A stretch of DNA of 64,000 bases from Candidatus Spongiisociaceae bacterium (GTDB lineage Bacteria > Actinomycetota > Acidimicrobiia > Spongiisociales > Spongiisociaceae), in contig OZ253564.1 of assembly GCA_965262915.1 (NCBI GenBank), positions 1,408,001 to 1,472,000 on the forward strand, written 5' to 3'. Below, piece by piece: positions 45,482-56,109 of the stretch (within the stretch, counting starts at the first letter, position 1; every line of letters begins with the position of its first letter). Below the pieces are notes generated by a model. It was not told where the DNA came from. It saw only the letters and a list, made by a program, of their open reading frames with translations, and did no database searches. The position numbers and the translations under genes were made by a program.

Positions 45482-45790
45482 CTAGGAGCCCGCGGCTGCG
45501 GCTGCGGGTTGGTAGGGCTCGACGTTGGTCCGGTCTTCGTTGAGGCGTGCTTGGGCGAGGTCGTAGTACGTTTGGAGTCGCATCCAGAACTCGGCGTTGG
45601 ACCATCCGATCTTCTCGAGGCGGATTGCCATTTCTGGTGAGATTCCGCCGCGGCCGTTGAGGACGCGGGAGAGTGTGGGGCGGGTTACGCCGAGGATGCG
45701 GGCTGCTTCGGTGACGGTGAGACCTTCGGCCTCGATGCAGTCCTCTTTGATGGTGCCGCCAGGATGTGGGGGGGTTTTCATCATGGGCAT
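45482..45790 (-). CDS. higA: HigA-family antitoxin
   Basis: PPHPGG...[23 protein letters not shown]...ISPEMAIRL...FWMRLQ. Confidence 0.92.
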   Translation of the reverse strand: MPMMKTPPHPGGTIKEDCIEAEGLTVTEAARILGVTRPTLSRVLNGRGGISPEMAIRLEKIGWSNAEFWMRLQTYYDLAQARLNEDRTNVEPYQPAAAAAGS

Positions 45791-45802
45791 TGGTGTTCGC
45801 TC

Positions 45803-45860
45803 CTAGTTGTGGTAGTCGATTAGGTCCACGTCGTAGACGTGGTCTCCGTCCATCCGGACT
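45803..45860 (-). pseudogene. higB: HigB toxin C-terminal remnant
   Basis: DGDHVYDVDLIDYH then stop, just upstream of higA. Confidence 0.65.
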
Positions 45861-45896
45861 CCAGGAGGCGCTGATGTCACCTTTTGGTGATATCAT

Positions 45897-46112
45897 ATGG
45901 TCATGATGAGGCAGACTACCGTGCGGCTCCCCGATGATCTGATGGACGACGCGCAGACGGTCGCCCGCGTCCAGGGCACCAGTATGAACCAGCTCGTGAT
46001 CGACTCGTTGCGTGCAGAGATCAACCGCGTCAGAGGAGACGACGACTTCACATCGCGTGCCCGTCGGCTGTTGAAGAGAGACCGAGAACTCCTTGACCGT
46101 TTGGCCAGGTGA
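45897..46112 (+). CDS. Ribbon-helix-helix antitoxin
   Basis: TTVRLPDDL...ARVQGTSMNQLV; overlaps Doc-like gene. Confidence 0.8.
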   Translation: MVMMRQTTVRLPDDLMDDAQTVARVQGTSMNQLVIDSLRAEINRVRGDDDFTSRARRLLKRDRELLDRLAR

Positions 46113-46510
46113 CAAGATATCTTGATCTAGCCGAGTACCTTTGGCTAGCCGAGCAGGTCACAGGCGTTCCCGCAGAGACGCTAACGCTGCCAGGGCGGAT
46201 CGAACTCGCCGATTCCGCTTTACACGCTCCGATGGCGGCCTTCGGAGGCGAGGAGTTTTACCCGGATCTCGTCGCGAAGGCAGCTGTGCTCTGCTACCGC
46301 CTCGTTCGTAACCATCCGCTGCCGGACGGGAACAAGCGTGCTGGATGGGCCGCGTTGGTCGTCTTTGTGGACCTCAACGCCGGACGGTGGGATCCTGACC
46401 CTCCTGATATCGACGACGCCGAACAGGCGATGCTTGCGGTAGCGGGCGGGTACATGGACGAACATGCCTTCACCCGATGGGTACAGGAGAGGGTGACCTT
46501 CGGGCGTTGA
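46109..46510 (+). CDS. Fic/Doc-family toxin
   Basis: FYPDLVAKAAVL...NHPLPDGNKRAG. Confidence 0.9.
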   Translation: MTRYLDLAEYLWLAEQVTGVPAETLTLPGRIELADSALHAPMAAFGGEEFYPDLVAKAAVLCYRLVRNHPLPDGNKRAGWAALVVFVDLNAGRWDPDPPDIDDAEQAMLAVAGGYMDEHAFTRWVQERVTFGR

Positions 46511-46573
46511 TTCCCGCCCAGACCCCCCGTACACCACAAGAACGGACGCCACCAACCCTCCGATGTGGGGCGG

Positions 46574-46604
46574 TAGTGCACATATGGGACGGATATGTGC
46601 AATA
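46574..46604. other. Recombinase core site D3 (no adjacent family-D recombinase)
   Basis: TAGTGCACATAT-GGGACGG-ATATGTGCAATA; flank homologous to D2 in opposite orientation. Confidence 0.78.
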
Positions 46605-46694
46605 CCCGCACCACCCGAAACGCTGTGACCAGGCGGTTCGTGTCCGACCTCACGATAGTTGGCGAATTTTCACGGACGTGGCGAACTTTTTCAT

Positions 46695-46862
46695 CTAGGG
46701 CCTGTTCACGCTATTCGGATGGATATCCCCTAGTATTGGTTTAAGGTAGATTTCGTTACAGCCTTGGGATGTCACGGCCAAACCCTTTGACTATATCCGC
46801 TCTTATAGATTGCTACCCAACGAACATTCCGTGGGCTGGGGACTTGTGTGAACAGGCCCTAG
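46695..46862. mobile_element. MITE with IS5-like ends
   Basis: CTAGGGCCTGTTCAC ... GTGAACAGGCCCTAG around an AT-rich core. Confidence 0.75.
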
Positions 46863-47068
46863 TTGGCGAATGAGCCTTCGGTGTTCACCGCGACACGCCG
46901 GTCTTTTACTATTCGCTGGAATTCTCCCGTGATATGGGAACGGTGCCGTGTCCTGGGGTTCTGAGGTCAATCCTCTCTCCCGCTACCTACCCGACGGGTG
47001 TTAGCGGTTTCGTCTCCGATACCGTGGCAACCTCCACCGCAGACCTGCGTGACGGATGCGGCGGTGAC

Positions 47069-47497
47069 TCACATGTGTTCGATGTAGCTGGCGGCGATGT
47101 GTTCGGGTGGGTTGGTGTAGCGGGCTATGTAGCGTTGTGATCGGTGGCCGAGGCGGCGTTCGGGTTCGTAGGGGTCTGCGTTGGTTGCTTGGGCGAGCCC
47201 GAACGCGAATGTGTGGCGGAGGTCGTGGGGTCGGAGTGGGCTTATGCGGCGTTGGGGTTCGGTGTGTTCTGCGTCGTGGAGCCGGCCGATGCGTTCGAGG
47301 ATGGTGTTGATGCTTCGTCCGGCGAGGCGCCCGTCGGGGCGGCGGCTGCTCACCGATGCGGCGGATAGGAACAATGCGGTGGACTCGGGGGTGGCGTCGA
47401 CCGGTCGTTCCTCCTCGAGGTAGTCGGCGAGGGCGTGGCGGGCGTCGACGGAGAGGAACACGGTTCGCTGGGTTTTTCCTTTGCCCCGAACACCCAC
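47069..47497 (-). pseudogene. Tyrosine recombinase family E, C-terminal fragment
   Basis: Close paralog of the 3' half of 44271-45245. Confidence 0.85.
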
Positions 47498-47499
47498 AA

Positions 47500-47730
47500 C
47501 CCGGGCGCGGCCGGCGCCCTACTCGCCGAACAACACGACGAAGGGGCCATCACCCGACGTTACATGAGCGCCCACTGCCTCAACCAGGCCCGCATCCGGC
47601 TCATCGAACCCGAACCCCAACAACTCACCGAGGAGGTCGCACTCCGAACCCAAATCAGCTGAGGCTGCGCGTCGGGACCTGCGCCGGGCGAACGAGATCT
47701 TGAAGTCGGCGTCGGCTTTCTTCTTGCCCA
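47500..47730 (+). pseudogene. IS256 C-terminal and IS3 orfA remnants
   Basis: GALLAEQHDE...RRYMS; [17 protein letters not shown]. Confidence 0.65.
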
Positions 47731-47744
47731 CCAACAAGGCGGGC

Positions 47745-48176
47745 GACGCCGGGTGGGTTCCCACGTTCACCATCTGATCGATCGACAAGGGAGGCAGCCG
47801 GCTCTACCCCCACAGCATCGCCGCACCTACGCAGCAGACTTTCGATACGGCCGCAGGACCGAAGTGATGAATCCGGCCTCGGAGTCACCCCCAAAATGGG
47901 GGTGTGCGCTGCAAACCGGCCCTATCCACCAGATTTGAGCCGGCGAGCAACTTACGGGGCTTCAGCCGCTGGTTCAATCGCGTTCTATCTTCGTGTCTCG
48001 CTTGCCGGACCCACACCATCTGATGGTGCTGATTTGCCCCGTCGTTGTGAGGGCTGCTCCCACCCTCCCCTGCGCTCCCAGGATCAGGCTGCCCTCAGCT
48101 TCAACCCGCCCGCTGCGACGAGCCAGCAGCGGAGCCCTTCCATCTCCGCACGATCGGGAAGCGCCGAGTGGCGGAC
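47745..48176 (-). mobile_element. Group II intron 5' (domain I) remnant without RT
   Basis: Minus strand starts GTCCGCCAC (cf. GTGCG), with GGGTGGGAGCAGCCCT, TCCGGCAAGCGA, GAACCAG and GAACGTGGGAACC elements typical of bacterial group II introns. Confidence 0.6.
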
Positions 48177-48591
48177 TATCACACGAGAGTGAATTGCCCC
48201 GTTGAGGCGGCCGAGAGCGTTGGGGATCACCGCACTGACCTCAATGGCCGCCATGAACGGGCCGAACGCCTGCGACGACTGGCGACATCGCCCGGCAGTA
48301 ACTTGCGGATGCTTGGCTGGATCGACGACCGCGCTGGAAGTACGCCGAGTCGATAACCGACGGGCCCGGTGTGCTGGCCGCCTACTACGCCTTGTGCGAG
48401 GCCCAAGGGCTGCCCCGCCCCAGCGTGGTCACCTAACTCCGCAGCGGCCAGCGGCCAGCGGCGGGCGGCGCCGACCGGAGGACTGGACTATCGGCTCGTT
48501 GCTAGTGGCTCCGTCTCGGCCTACACTGCACGAGTTGCAGCTCCGGGTTCGCCCTCCGAGGTCGGTTACCGTCTGTAAGGAGGCTTCCGCT

Positions 48592-50241
48592 ATGGATTCT
48601 GTTGCGTGTCGTGTCCGCTGGGCGGGGATCTTGGCGATCCTGGCTCTGACTGCTGCGGTGGCCGCTTGCAGTGGGGACTCGGCGCCTGAGCCGTCCGCGC
48701 CGGACACGTCGTCACCTTCGCCGTCGGTCACCGAGGCGTCCGCGCCGGACACGTCGTCACCTTCGCCGTCGGTCACCGAGGCGTCCGCGGTCACCGACAC
48801 CACGACGCCCCAGCCCACGGCGCCTGAGCCGTCCGTAGCGGCCAGCGAACTCGCCGTCTACATAGACGAGGACACGATCCTACGAGAAGTCTTCGATGCC
48901 TTCGCCGGCTCGGAGCAAGCATGCATCCGCGGCGCCGTCGACGACGAGTTGTTGGAGTCTGTGCTGGACATGCTTGTGCTGTCCGATGACCTTACCGATG
49001 AGTTGGCGGCGTCGATAGTGTCATGTCTCGCTCCGGAGACCGCCCGCGAGTTCCTCCTCTCGGCGTTCATTGCAAGTTTGGAGACGGAGGGGTTGACCGC
49101 CGAGGTAGGGACGAACGCAGAAGCGTGCATGCGAGAGTTCTTGGCTGACATCGACGTGGCCGCAATGGCGAGCGCCATGACTTCTGAGTCTGGCGATCCT
49201 GTCTTTGGCGACGGCTTGTTGGGCTGCATTCACGCCGACGCTCTCAGGGAGGCGACGCCGGTGACGGTCGGCGAGCCTGCGCCCGGCCAGATCAACCACG
49301 ACGACGACGTCGACTTCTTCGTGTTCGAGAGTGAGGAGGGCGAGTTCTACCAGATCGACGTGACGCTGGGAACGCTGCCCGATTCCGTCGCGACTCTCTA
49401 CGACTCCGACGGGTTTGAGCTGGGCTACAGCGACGGTTACGGCGACACCGCCGCATCGCGCATCTATTGGGAAGCGCAAAGCTCAGGGGACCACTACGTC
49501 GCTGTGGAGAGCTGGTCCGGCGTCGGCTCGTACACCCTGACGATCGCGGTCGTCAACATCGCCGACGACCACGCCGGCGCTCTCAGGGAGGCGACGCCGG
49601 TGACGGTCGGCGAGCCTGCGCCCGGCGAGATCAACCCCGACGCCGCCGGCGACGTCGACTTTTTCGTGTTCGAGAGTGAGGAGGGCGAGTTCTACCAGAT
49701 CGACGTGACGCTGGGAACGCTGTCGGATTCCGTCGCGACTCTCTACGACTCCGACGGGTTTGAGCTGGGCTACAGCGACGGTTACGGCGACACCGCCGCA
49801 TCGCGCATCTATTGGGAAGCGCAAAGCTCAGGGGACCACTACGTCGCTGTGGAGAGCTGGTCCGGCGTCGGCTCGTACACCCTGACGATCGCGGTCGCTG
49901 ACATCGCCGACGACCACGCCGGCGCTCTCAGGGAGGCGACGCCGGTGACGGTCGGCGAGCCTGCGCCCGGCGAGATCAACTACGACGTCGACGTCGACTT
50001 TTTCGTGTTCGAGGGTGAGGAGGGCGAGTTCTACCAGATCGACGTGACGCTGGGAACGTTGTCCGATTCCGTCGCGGCTCTCTACGACTCCGACGGGTTT
50101 GAGCTGGGCTACAGCGACGGTTACGGCGACACCGCCGCATCGCGCATCTATTGGGAAGCGCAAAGCTCAGGGGACTACTACGTCGCTGTGGAGAGCTGGT
50201 CCGGCGTCGGCTCGTACACCCTGACGATCGCCACTCGATAG
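48592..50241 (+). CDS. Lipoprotein with three tandem PPC-like domains
   Basis: AAGGAGG RBS; VAAC lipobox; 45-bp tandem linker repeat; three ~113-aa DVDFFVF...GSYTLTI repeats. Confidence 0.88.
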   Translation: MDSVACRVRWAGILAILALTAAVAACSGDSAPEPSAPDTSSPSPSVTEASAPDTSSPSPSVTEASAVTDTTTPQPTAPEPSVAASELAVYIDEDTILREVFDAFAGSEQACIRGAVDDELLESVLDMLVLSDDLTDELAASIVSCLAPETAREFLLSAFIASLETEGLTAEVGTNAEACMREFLADIDVAAMASAMTSESGDPVFGDGLLGCIHADALREATPVTVGEPAPGQINHDDDVDFFVFESEEGEFYQIDVTLGTLPDSVATLYDSDGFELGYSDGYGDTAASRIYWEAQSSGDHYVAVESWSGVGSYTLTIAVVNIADDHAGALREATPVTVGEPAPGEINPDAAGDVDFFVFESEEGEFYQIDVTLGTLSDSVATLYDSDGFELGYSDGYGDTAASRIYWEAQSSGDHYVAVESWSGVGSYTLTIAVADIADDHAGALREATPVTVGEPAPGEINYDVDVDFFVFEGEEGEFYQIDVTLGTLSDSVAALYDSDGFELGYSDGYGDTAASRIYWEAQSSGDYYVAVESWSGVGSYTLTIATR

Positions 50242-50657
50242 AGCCGCGGCTAGGCGACCGTTCCTCTCGGTCCGCTTCGGGCGTGCCTGGGGGTTGGGCT
50301 GCTCAAGGGCTGGCGGGGCATGCTCGTCAAGGCGACTGCCGGAGCCGGGAAGCCGCTGCCGCCGGGAGACTCCTGCTACAGGCCGAATGTGCCGTCGAGG
50401 CGGGTCTTCCAGTTGCCGGAGGCCACCGTGCCTCCGTCGACGAGGATGGACTCCCCGTTGACAACATAGGCCCTGGAACATTGCTCGTCGTTGTTGTGCT
50501 TGCCGCGGTCGGTGCGGGAATCGGATACGCCATCTCTAGGCGTCGCGCCGCTTGATGGGGCTAATCCTGTAGCTCGACCCCCGCGCAATCGCTCACATGG
50601 CGAGGCGAGCGCCGCCAACGACCTAGGCCAGAATCCTCACAGCCAGCGTCAAGGACC

Positions 50658-51236
50658 TGAGCCTCACCGGGTTTCACGCAGGCTGTTTGTTGTGAGTCTC
50701 AGCCTGGTTGGGGGCGCAGCTCCCCGTCCCGGCGGCTGCGGGCCGATCGGCGTTCGGGTTCCCGTTCCCGCCGTTTGTGCTCGCAAGGAGACAGACGGGG
50801 CGATCGGCAACTCAGCACAAATCGGCTCGACCCCATAGGCCTTTCGGTGATCGTCGATGAAGGTGGTCATCTCCGGGGTCGGCGGTCGAACACCTCTGCC
50901 TGGGCGAAATACGCAGACGCCTAACCCAAGATCTCATTCGCCCGCCGCAGCTCCCGGCGCAAGGCTCTGAGCCGCTCCCGCTCTGGACAGCTCAACCCAG
51001 GCCGCAGACCCTGATCCGTCTCAGCACGCCGAACCCATTTGCGTAGCGTCTCCGACGAACACCCGAACTTCTCCGCTCCCGAACAGATAGCCGCCCACCC
51101 AGAACGGTGCTCCCCCCGATGCTCTGACACCATCCGGACAGCACGCTCCCGCACCTCCGGCGAATACATCATCAGTCTTCCCATGACTCCATTATCTCCC
51201 AACTAATCGAGTCTCCGGAAAACCCGGTACGGTTCA
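50658..51236 (-). mobile_element. Internally deleted IS3-family element
   Basis: Left end and orfA nearly the same as 9343-9850; other end TGAGCCTCACCGGGTTTC. Confidence 0.85.
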
Positions 51237-51298
51237 ATAAGCCAAGTGTCCAGCACATGGGGGGAACTCCAGTCGGCTTCGAGCCGCTGTGGCGTTGG

Positions 51299-51901
51299 CT
51301 AGCTGCTGGCTGCGATTTGGAGTACGTAGGGGTTGTTGAGGGTGGCGTTTGCGGGTGGTGCGTCAACCTCGACAGTGTGGACACCGCCCGGTTCGATGGT
51401 GACCGCCTCGAAGATGTGTTCCCCGCCTTGTTCGTCCCCGCTTTGTTCGTCCCCGCTGGCTGCTTGCCATGACAGTTCGTATCCGTGCAGGTCGACCGGG
51501 TAGCTACCAAGGTTCGACACGGTAACCGTGCGGTTGTCTTGGTTGACTTCCACCACCAGGTTTTTTTGCAACACACCGATGCTGCCCGCGGCTAGGAAGT
51601 TCGCCACTTCCGCACGCGTCGCCCCATCGGGGTACAGCCGGTCCACGACCTTGGCGATCTGGGCGGCGGTGATCGTCTCGTCAGGTCTCAGCGTACCGTC
51701 ACCGTAACCCTTGAACCATCCCTCGTTCTCCGCGATGCGGATACCCACGTAAAGGCGGTGGTCCTTGGTGACATCTGTGAATTCGGTCAACGTTTCGTCA
51801 TCGAACGAGCTTTCCCCCGGAATCTCAGCGCAGTCGTCCCACGCTGCCGCCATAAGCAACAACGCAACAACCACTCCGACGATTCGTTTAGCTACGGTCA
51901 T
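51299..51901 (-). CDS. Secreted SLH-domain protein
   Basis: Signal peptide; FTDV...GWFKGYGDGTLRPDETITAAQ, ATRAEVA. Confidence 0.8.
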   Translation of the reverse strand: MTVAKRIVGVVVALLLMAAAWDDCAEIPGESSFDDETLTEFTDVTKDHRLYVGIRIAENEGWFKGYGDGTLRPDETITAAQIAKVVDRLYPDGATRAEVANFLAAGSIGVLQKNLVVEVNQDNRTVTVSNLGSYPVDLHGYELSWQAASGDEQSGDEQGGEHIFEAVTIEPGGVHTVEVDAPPANATLNNPYVLQIAASS

Positions 51902-52599
51902 CTTCAAGCCCCTCTCGGCCCTTTCATACTTGTGGTCTAGCGTAGGTGCCCGGCCAAGAGGGACCTGCAATCTGCAACGGTCAGGCTTGTCGTGGTGGGG
52001 TCCTCGCGGCCCTTAAAGCGGTTGTAATGGTGGTTAGCGTTCGGAAGCCCATTTTGGGATGTTTCCGCCCCGAAACCCTCCCTCGGGGGAGAGAGCCGCC
52101 ACGAACCACCGAACACGGCACCCATTTCGGCCTCCCCGGTGCGGGGTAGCCGCCGATCAGGTGACCGGCGGGCGGTGCCCTGGCGGATCATCCGGGAGCA
52201 CAGGCGCCGACATACCGGGCCGCAACTGTCACGACATCCTGGAGGGGAGCCGGCCATCCTGGCTGTTCGCTGCCCGCAGCGGAGGACCCCTCCGCTGGAG
52301 GGGGCTCGGGGGGGAGTTAGGGCTGGCCGGGGTGTTTGAGGACAGCCAGCGCCACAGGTCGTCTCCGTTCGGGTCCTCGCCGGCGTGGTGGATGCTCAGT
52401 GTCGGGGATTTGCGAAACGGTGGGGCCTTGGCTACGCACGAGGCTGCCTGGTGGATCAGTTGACGGCAGGGCGCAAGCAGGTACTCGAAGGGGACGGATG
52501 GGGCAGCGTTGCTGTAGGGGTTTGAGATAGCAGCAGCGTTACGCAGGGGTAGCGACTCGGTTTCGAACGTTGAGAGGTCCGCCAGTTTTGACGCGTGGC

Positions 52600-52960
52600 C
52601 CATGTGAAGCCGACCACCTCGCCGGCTGTGTTGAGGTCCACGTTCAGCCCACCGACTACCTCGCGTGTCTCCGTGCCCGCGGGTTGTAGCAGCGTCGGTC
52701 ACGTCATTGTGGCGTCGCCCGCTTCGGGACGGCTCACACACCCGGACGGTCGCAGCGGTTGACGCGTCGAGCACTATCTCGTCTTGGGCGGCGAGGCACT
52801 GGAAGAGAGCCTTATGTGGATCAACCCCGACAATCATGCTCTTGGTCCTTGGTCTCAGAAAGATGGGACATCCCGGGAGAGCCAACCCAGCCAGCGACCT
52901 ACCATACGCTACGACCCCACAGCCACAGCGACGAGCCTCCACATACAAGTCGGTGGTTCA
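52600..52960 (-). mobile_element. IS110-family remnant (5' non-coding end and RuvC start)
   Basis: MIVGVDPHK after ~120 nt leader, then collapse of the ORF. Confidence 0.55.
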
Positions 52961-52986
52961 AATTGCACATAGTTTGGGCTGTTCGG

Positions 52987-55900
52987 GTGTCGGGTTGTCA
53001 GAGGAGGCTTTTGGTGGGACTGGGTCGGGTTTTGGTGGTTTTGGTGGTGGTGGGCTCGGTTTTGGCTCCGGGGTCTGGGGTGGGGTTTGGTGATGTTGCC
53101 GCAGCGCAGACGGCCGGTGAGCCGTGTGATGCGGGTTCGGCTGTTCAGTTCCCCGATGTTGGGGTGGGGGATTACGCCGCGGAATATGTTCTGTGTATGC
53201 GGGTGTTGGGCTTGTCGGTGGGTGGACGTGACGGTGGGTACGGTCCCGACGCGGAGTTGACCCGGGGGCAGATGGCATCGTTTTTGGTGCGTCTGTGGCG
53301 CGACGTGTTGGGTCGGGGCTGTCCTGATGATGTTGTGCTGCCGTTTGTGGATGTGGCGGGTACCACCCATGAGACCAACATTGGCTGTTTGTACGGGTTG
53401 GGGATCACCATGGGTACTACTGCCACCACTTATGGGCCCGACGACAGGTTGAAGGCGTCGCAGATTTCGCGGTTCTTGTTGCGGGTTTATGAGAAGACTG
53501 GTGGCCGCTGCGACGCTGTGGGTGGGGAACTGGAACGTGGGTTGGAGTGCCTCGTTGGTTTACGGGTGATCCCGTCGGAGGCTGAAGGTGGGGACGACGG
53601 GTCGGTGACCCGGGCGCAGATGGCGGTGTATGTGGTCGGGTTGTGGCACAACGTTTCGGGCCGTGGTGTAGCCCCACCACCACCTGCGAAAGGGACAAGC
53701 CCCGCAGTCGGCGGCACACAGCCTGAACCAACCGAGAACGAACCCCCACCCGCCGGTTCGTTCACCGCGGTGTCCGCCGGCGACTTTCATTCGTGTGCGC
53801 TTCGCGCCGACGGTTCGGTTGTGTGCTGGGGCAGCACCGAGGATGGGCAGGCGACGCCGACGCCACCGTCGGGTTCGTTCACTGCGGTGTCCGCCGGCGA
53901 CTTTCATTCGTGTGGGGTTCGTACCAGTGGTTCGGTTGTGTGCTGGGGTGACAACGAGTACGGGCGGGCGACGCCACCGTCGGGTTCGTTCACTGCGGTG
54001 TCCGCCAGCTACTTTCATTCGTGTGGGATTCGTACCGGTGGTTCGGTTGTGTGCTGGGGCGGCACCGGGTCTGGGCGGGCGACGCCGCCGTCGGGTTCGT
54101 TCACCGCGGTGTCCACCGGCGTCTTTCATTCGTGTGCGCTTCGTACCAGCGGTTCGGTTGTGTGCTGGGGCGACAACACATATGGGCAGGCGACGCCGAC
54201 GCCACCCGCCGGTTCGTTCACCGCGGTGTCCGCCGGCGACTTGCATTCGTGTGCGCTTCGTACCAGCGGTTCGGTTGTGTGCTGGGGCAGCAACGAGTAC
54301 GGGCAGGCGACGCCACCCACCGGTTCGTTCACCGCGGTGTCCGCCAGCACCTCGCATTCGTGTGGGATTCGTACCGACGGTTCGGTTGTGTGCTGGGGTG
54401 ACAACTGGGCTGGGCGGGCGACGCCACCGTCGGGTTCGTTCACTGCGGTGTCCGCCGGCGAATGGCATTCGTGTGGGGTTCGTACCAGCGGTTCGGTTGT
54501 GTGCTGGGGTGACAACACGGATGGGCAGGCGACGCCACCCACCGGTTCGTTCACTGCGGTGTCCGCCGGCGACTTGCATTCGTGTGCGCTTCGCGCCGAC
54601 GGTTCGGTTGTGTGCTGGGGCAGCAACGAGTACGGGCAGGCGACGCCGACGCCGCCGTCGGGTTCGTTCACTGCGGTGTCCGCCGGCGACTTGCATTCGT
54701 GTGCGCTTCGTACCAGCGGTTCGGTTGTGTGCTGGGGCGACAACACATATGGGCAGGCGACGCCACCCACCGGTTCGTTCACCGCGGTGTCCGCCAGCAC
54801 CTCGCATTCGTGTGGGATTCGTACCAGCGGTTCGGTTGTGTGCTGGGGTGACAACTGGGCTGGGCGGGCGACGCCACCGTCGGGTTCGTTCACTGCGGTG
54901 TCCGCCGGTTTCTGGCATTCGTGTGGGGTTCGTACCAGTGGTTCGGTTGTGTGCTGGGGTGACAACACGGATGGGCAGGCGGCGCCACCCACCGGTTCGT
55001 TCACCGCGGTGTCCGCCGGCACCTTGCATTCGTGTGGGGTTCGTACCAGCGGTTCGGTTGTGTGCTGGGGCCACAACGAGTACGGGCGGGCGGCGCCACC
55101 CACCGGTTCGTTCACCGCGGTGTCCGCCGGCACCTTGCATTCGTGTGGGGTTCGTACCAGCGGTTCGGTTGTGTGCTGGGGCAACAACGAGTACGGGCAG
55201 GCGACGCCACCGTCGGGTTCGTTCACCGCGGTGTCCGCCGGCGACTTGCATTCGTGTGGGGTTCGTACCGACGGTTCGGTTGTGTGCTGGGGCCACAACG
55301 AGTACGGGCAAGCGACGCCACCCACCGGTTCGTTCACCGCGGTGTCCGCCGGCCACTTGCATTCGTGTGCGCTTGGTACCGACCGTTCGGTTGTGTGCTG
55401 GGGCAGCAACGGGTCTGGGCAGGCGACGCCACCCGCCGGTTCGTTCACTGCGGTGTCCGCCGGCAGCTCGCATTCGTGTGGGGTTGGTACCGACCGTTCG
55501 GTTGTGTGCTGGGGCAGCAACGGGTCTGGGCAGGCGACGCCACCCGCCGGTTCGTTCACTGCGGTGTCCGCCGGCAGCTCGCATTCGTGTGGGGTTGGTA
55601 CCGACGGTTCGGTTGTCTGCTGGGGCCACAACGAGTACAGGCAGGCGACGCCACCTGCGGGTTCGTTCACCGCGGTGTCCGCCGGCGGCCAGCATTCGTG
55701 TGGGGTTCGTACCAGTGGTTCGGTTGTGTGCTGGGGCCACAACGGGTCTGGGCAGGCGACGCCACCTGCGGGTTCGTTCACCGCGGTGTCCGCCGGCGGC
55801 CAGCATTCGTGTGGGGTTCGTACCAGTGGTTCGGTTGTGTGCTGGGGTGACAACGGGTCTGGGCAGGCGACGCCACCGTCGGGTTCGTTCACCGCGGTGT

Positions 55901-56109
55901 CCGCCGGCCACTCGCATTCGTGTGCGCTTCGTACCAGCGGTTCGGTTGTGTGCTGGGGCCACAACGGGTCTGGGCAGGTAACGCCACCCGCGGGTTCGTT
56001 CACTGCGGTGTCCGCCGGCAGCTTGCATTCGTGTGCGCTTGGTACCGACGGTTCGGTTGTGTGCTGGGGTGACAACAGGGCTGGGCAGGCGACGCCACCC
56101 GCCGGTTAG
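52987..56109 (+). CDS. S-layer homology (SLH) + RCC1-like repeat surface protein, 21 repeats (start approximate)
   Basis: Signal peptide; FPDV...TRGQMASFL and PFVDV...GITMGT SLH motifs; 21 x 37-39 aa FTAVSAGxxHSC...CWG. Confidence 0.92.
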   Translation: MSGCQRRLLVGLGRVLVVLVVVGSVLAPGSGVGFGDVAAAQTAGEPCDAGSAVQFPDVGVGDYAAEYVLCMRVLGLSVGGRDGGYGPDAELTRGQMASFLVRLWRDVLGRGCPDDVVLPFVDVAGTTHETNIGCLYGLGITMGTTATTYGPDDRLKASQISRFLLRVYEKTGGRCDAVGGELERGLECLVGLRVIPSEAEGGDDGSVTRAQMAVYVVGLWHNVSGRGVAPPPPAKGTSPAVGGTQPEPTENEPPPAGSFTAVSAGDFHSCALRADGSVVCWGSTEDGQATPTPPSGSFTAVSAGDFHSCGVRTSGSVVCWGDNEYGRATPPSGSFTAVSASYFHSCGIRTGGSVVCWGGTGSGRATPPSGSFTAVSTGVFHSCALRTSGSVVCWGDNTYGQATPTPPAGSFTAVSAGDLHSCALRTSGSVVCWGSNEYGQATPPTGSFTAVSASTSHSCGIRTDGSVVCWGDNWAGRATPPSGSFTAVSAGEWHSCGVRTSGSVVCWGDNTDGQATPPTGSFTAVSAGDLHSCALRADGSVVCWGSNEYGQATPTPPSGSFTAVSAGDLHSCALRTSGSVVCWGDNTYGQATPPTGSFTAVSASTSHSCGIRTSGSVVCWGDNWAGRATPPSGSFTAVSAGFWHSCGVRTSGSVVCWGDNTDGQAAPPTGSFTAVSAGTLHSCGVRTSGSVVCWGHNEYGRAAPPTGSFTAVSAGTLHSCGVRTSGSVVCWGNNEYGQATPPSGSFTAVSAGDLHSCGVRTDGSVVCWGHNEYGQATPPTGSFTAVSAGHLHSCALGTDRSVVCWGSNGSGQATPPAGSFTAVSAGSSHSCGVGTDRSVVCWGSNGSGQATPPAGSFTAVSAGSSHSCGVGTDGSVVCWGHNEYRQATPPAGSFTAVSAGGQHSCGVRTSGSVVCWGHNGSGQATPPAGSFTAVSAGGQHSCGVRTSGSVVCWGDNGSGQATPPSGSFTAVSAGHSHSCALRTSGSVVCWGHNGSGQVTPPAGSFTAVSAGSLHSCALGTDGSVVCWGDNRAGQATPPAG

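Noticed and set aside
53752-56106. Possible CRISPR array or DGR
   Set aside because: Repeats are in-frame coding units without unique spacers; no cas or reverse transcriptase gene and no adenine-specific template/variable pair seen.
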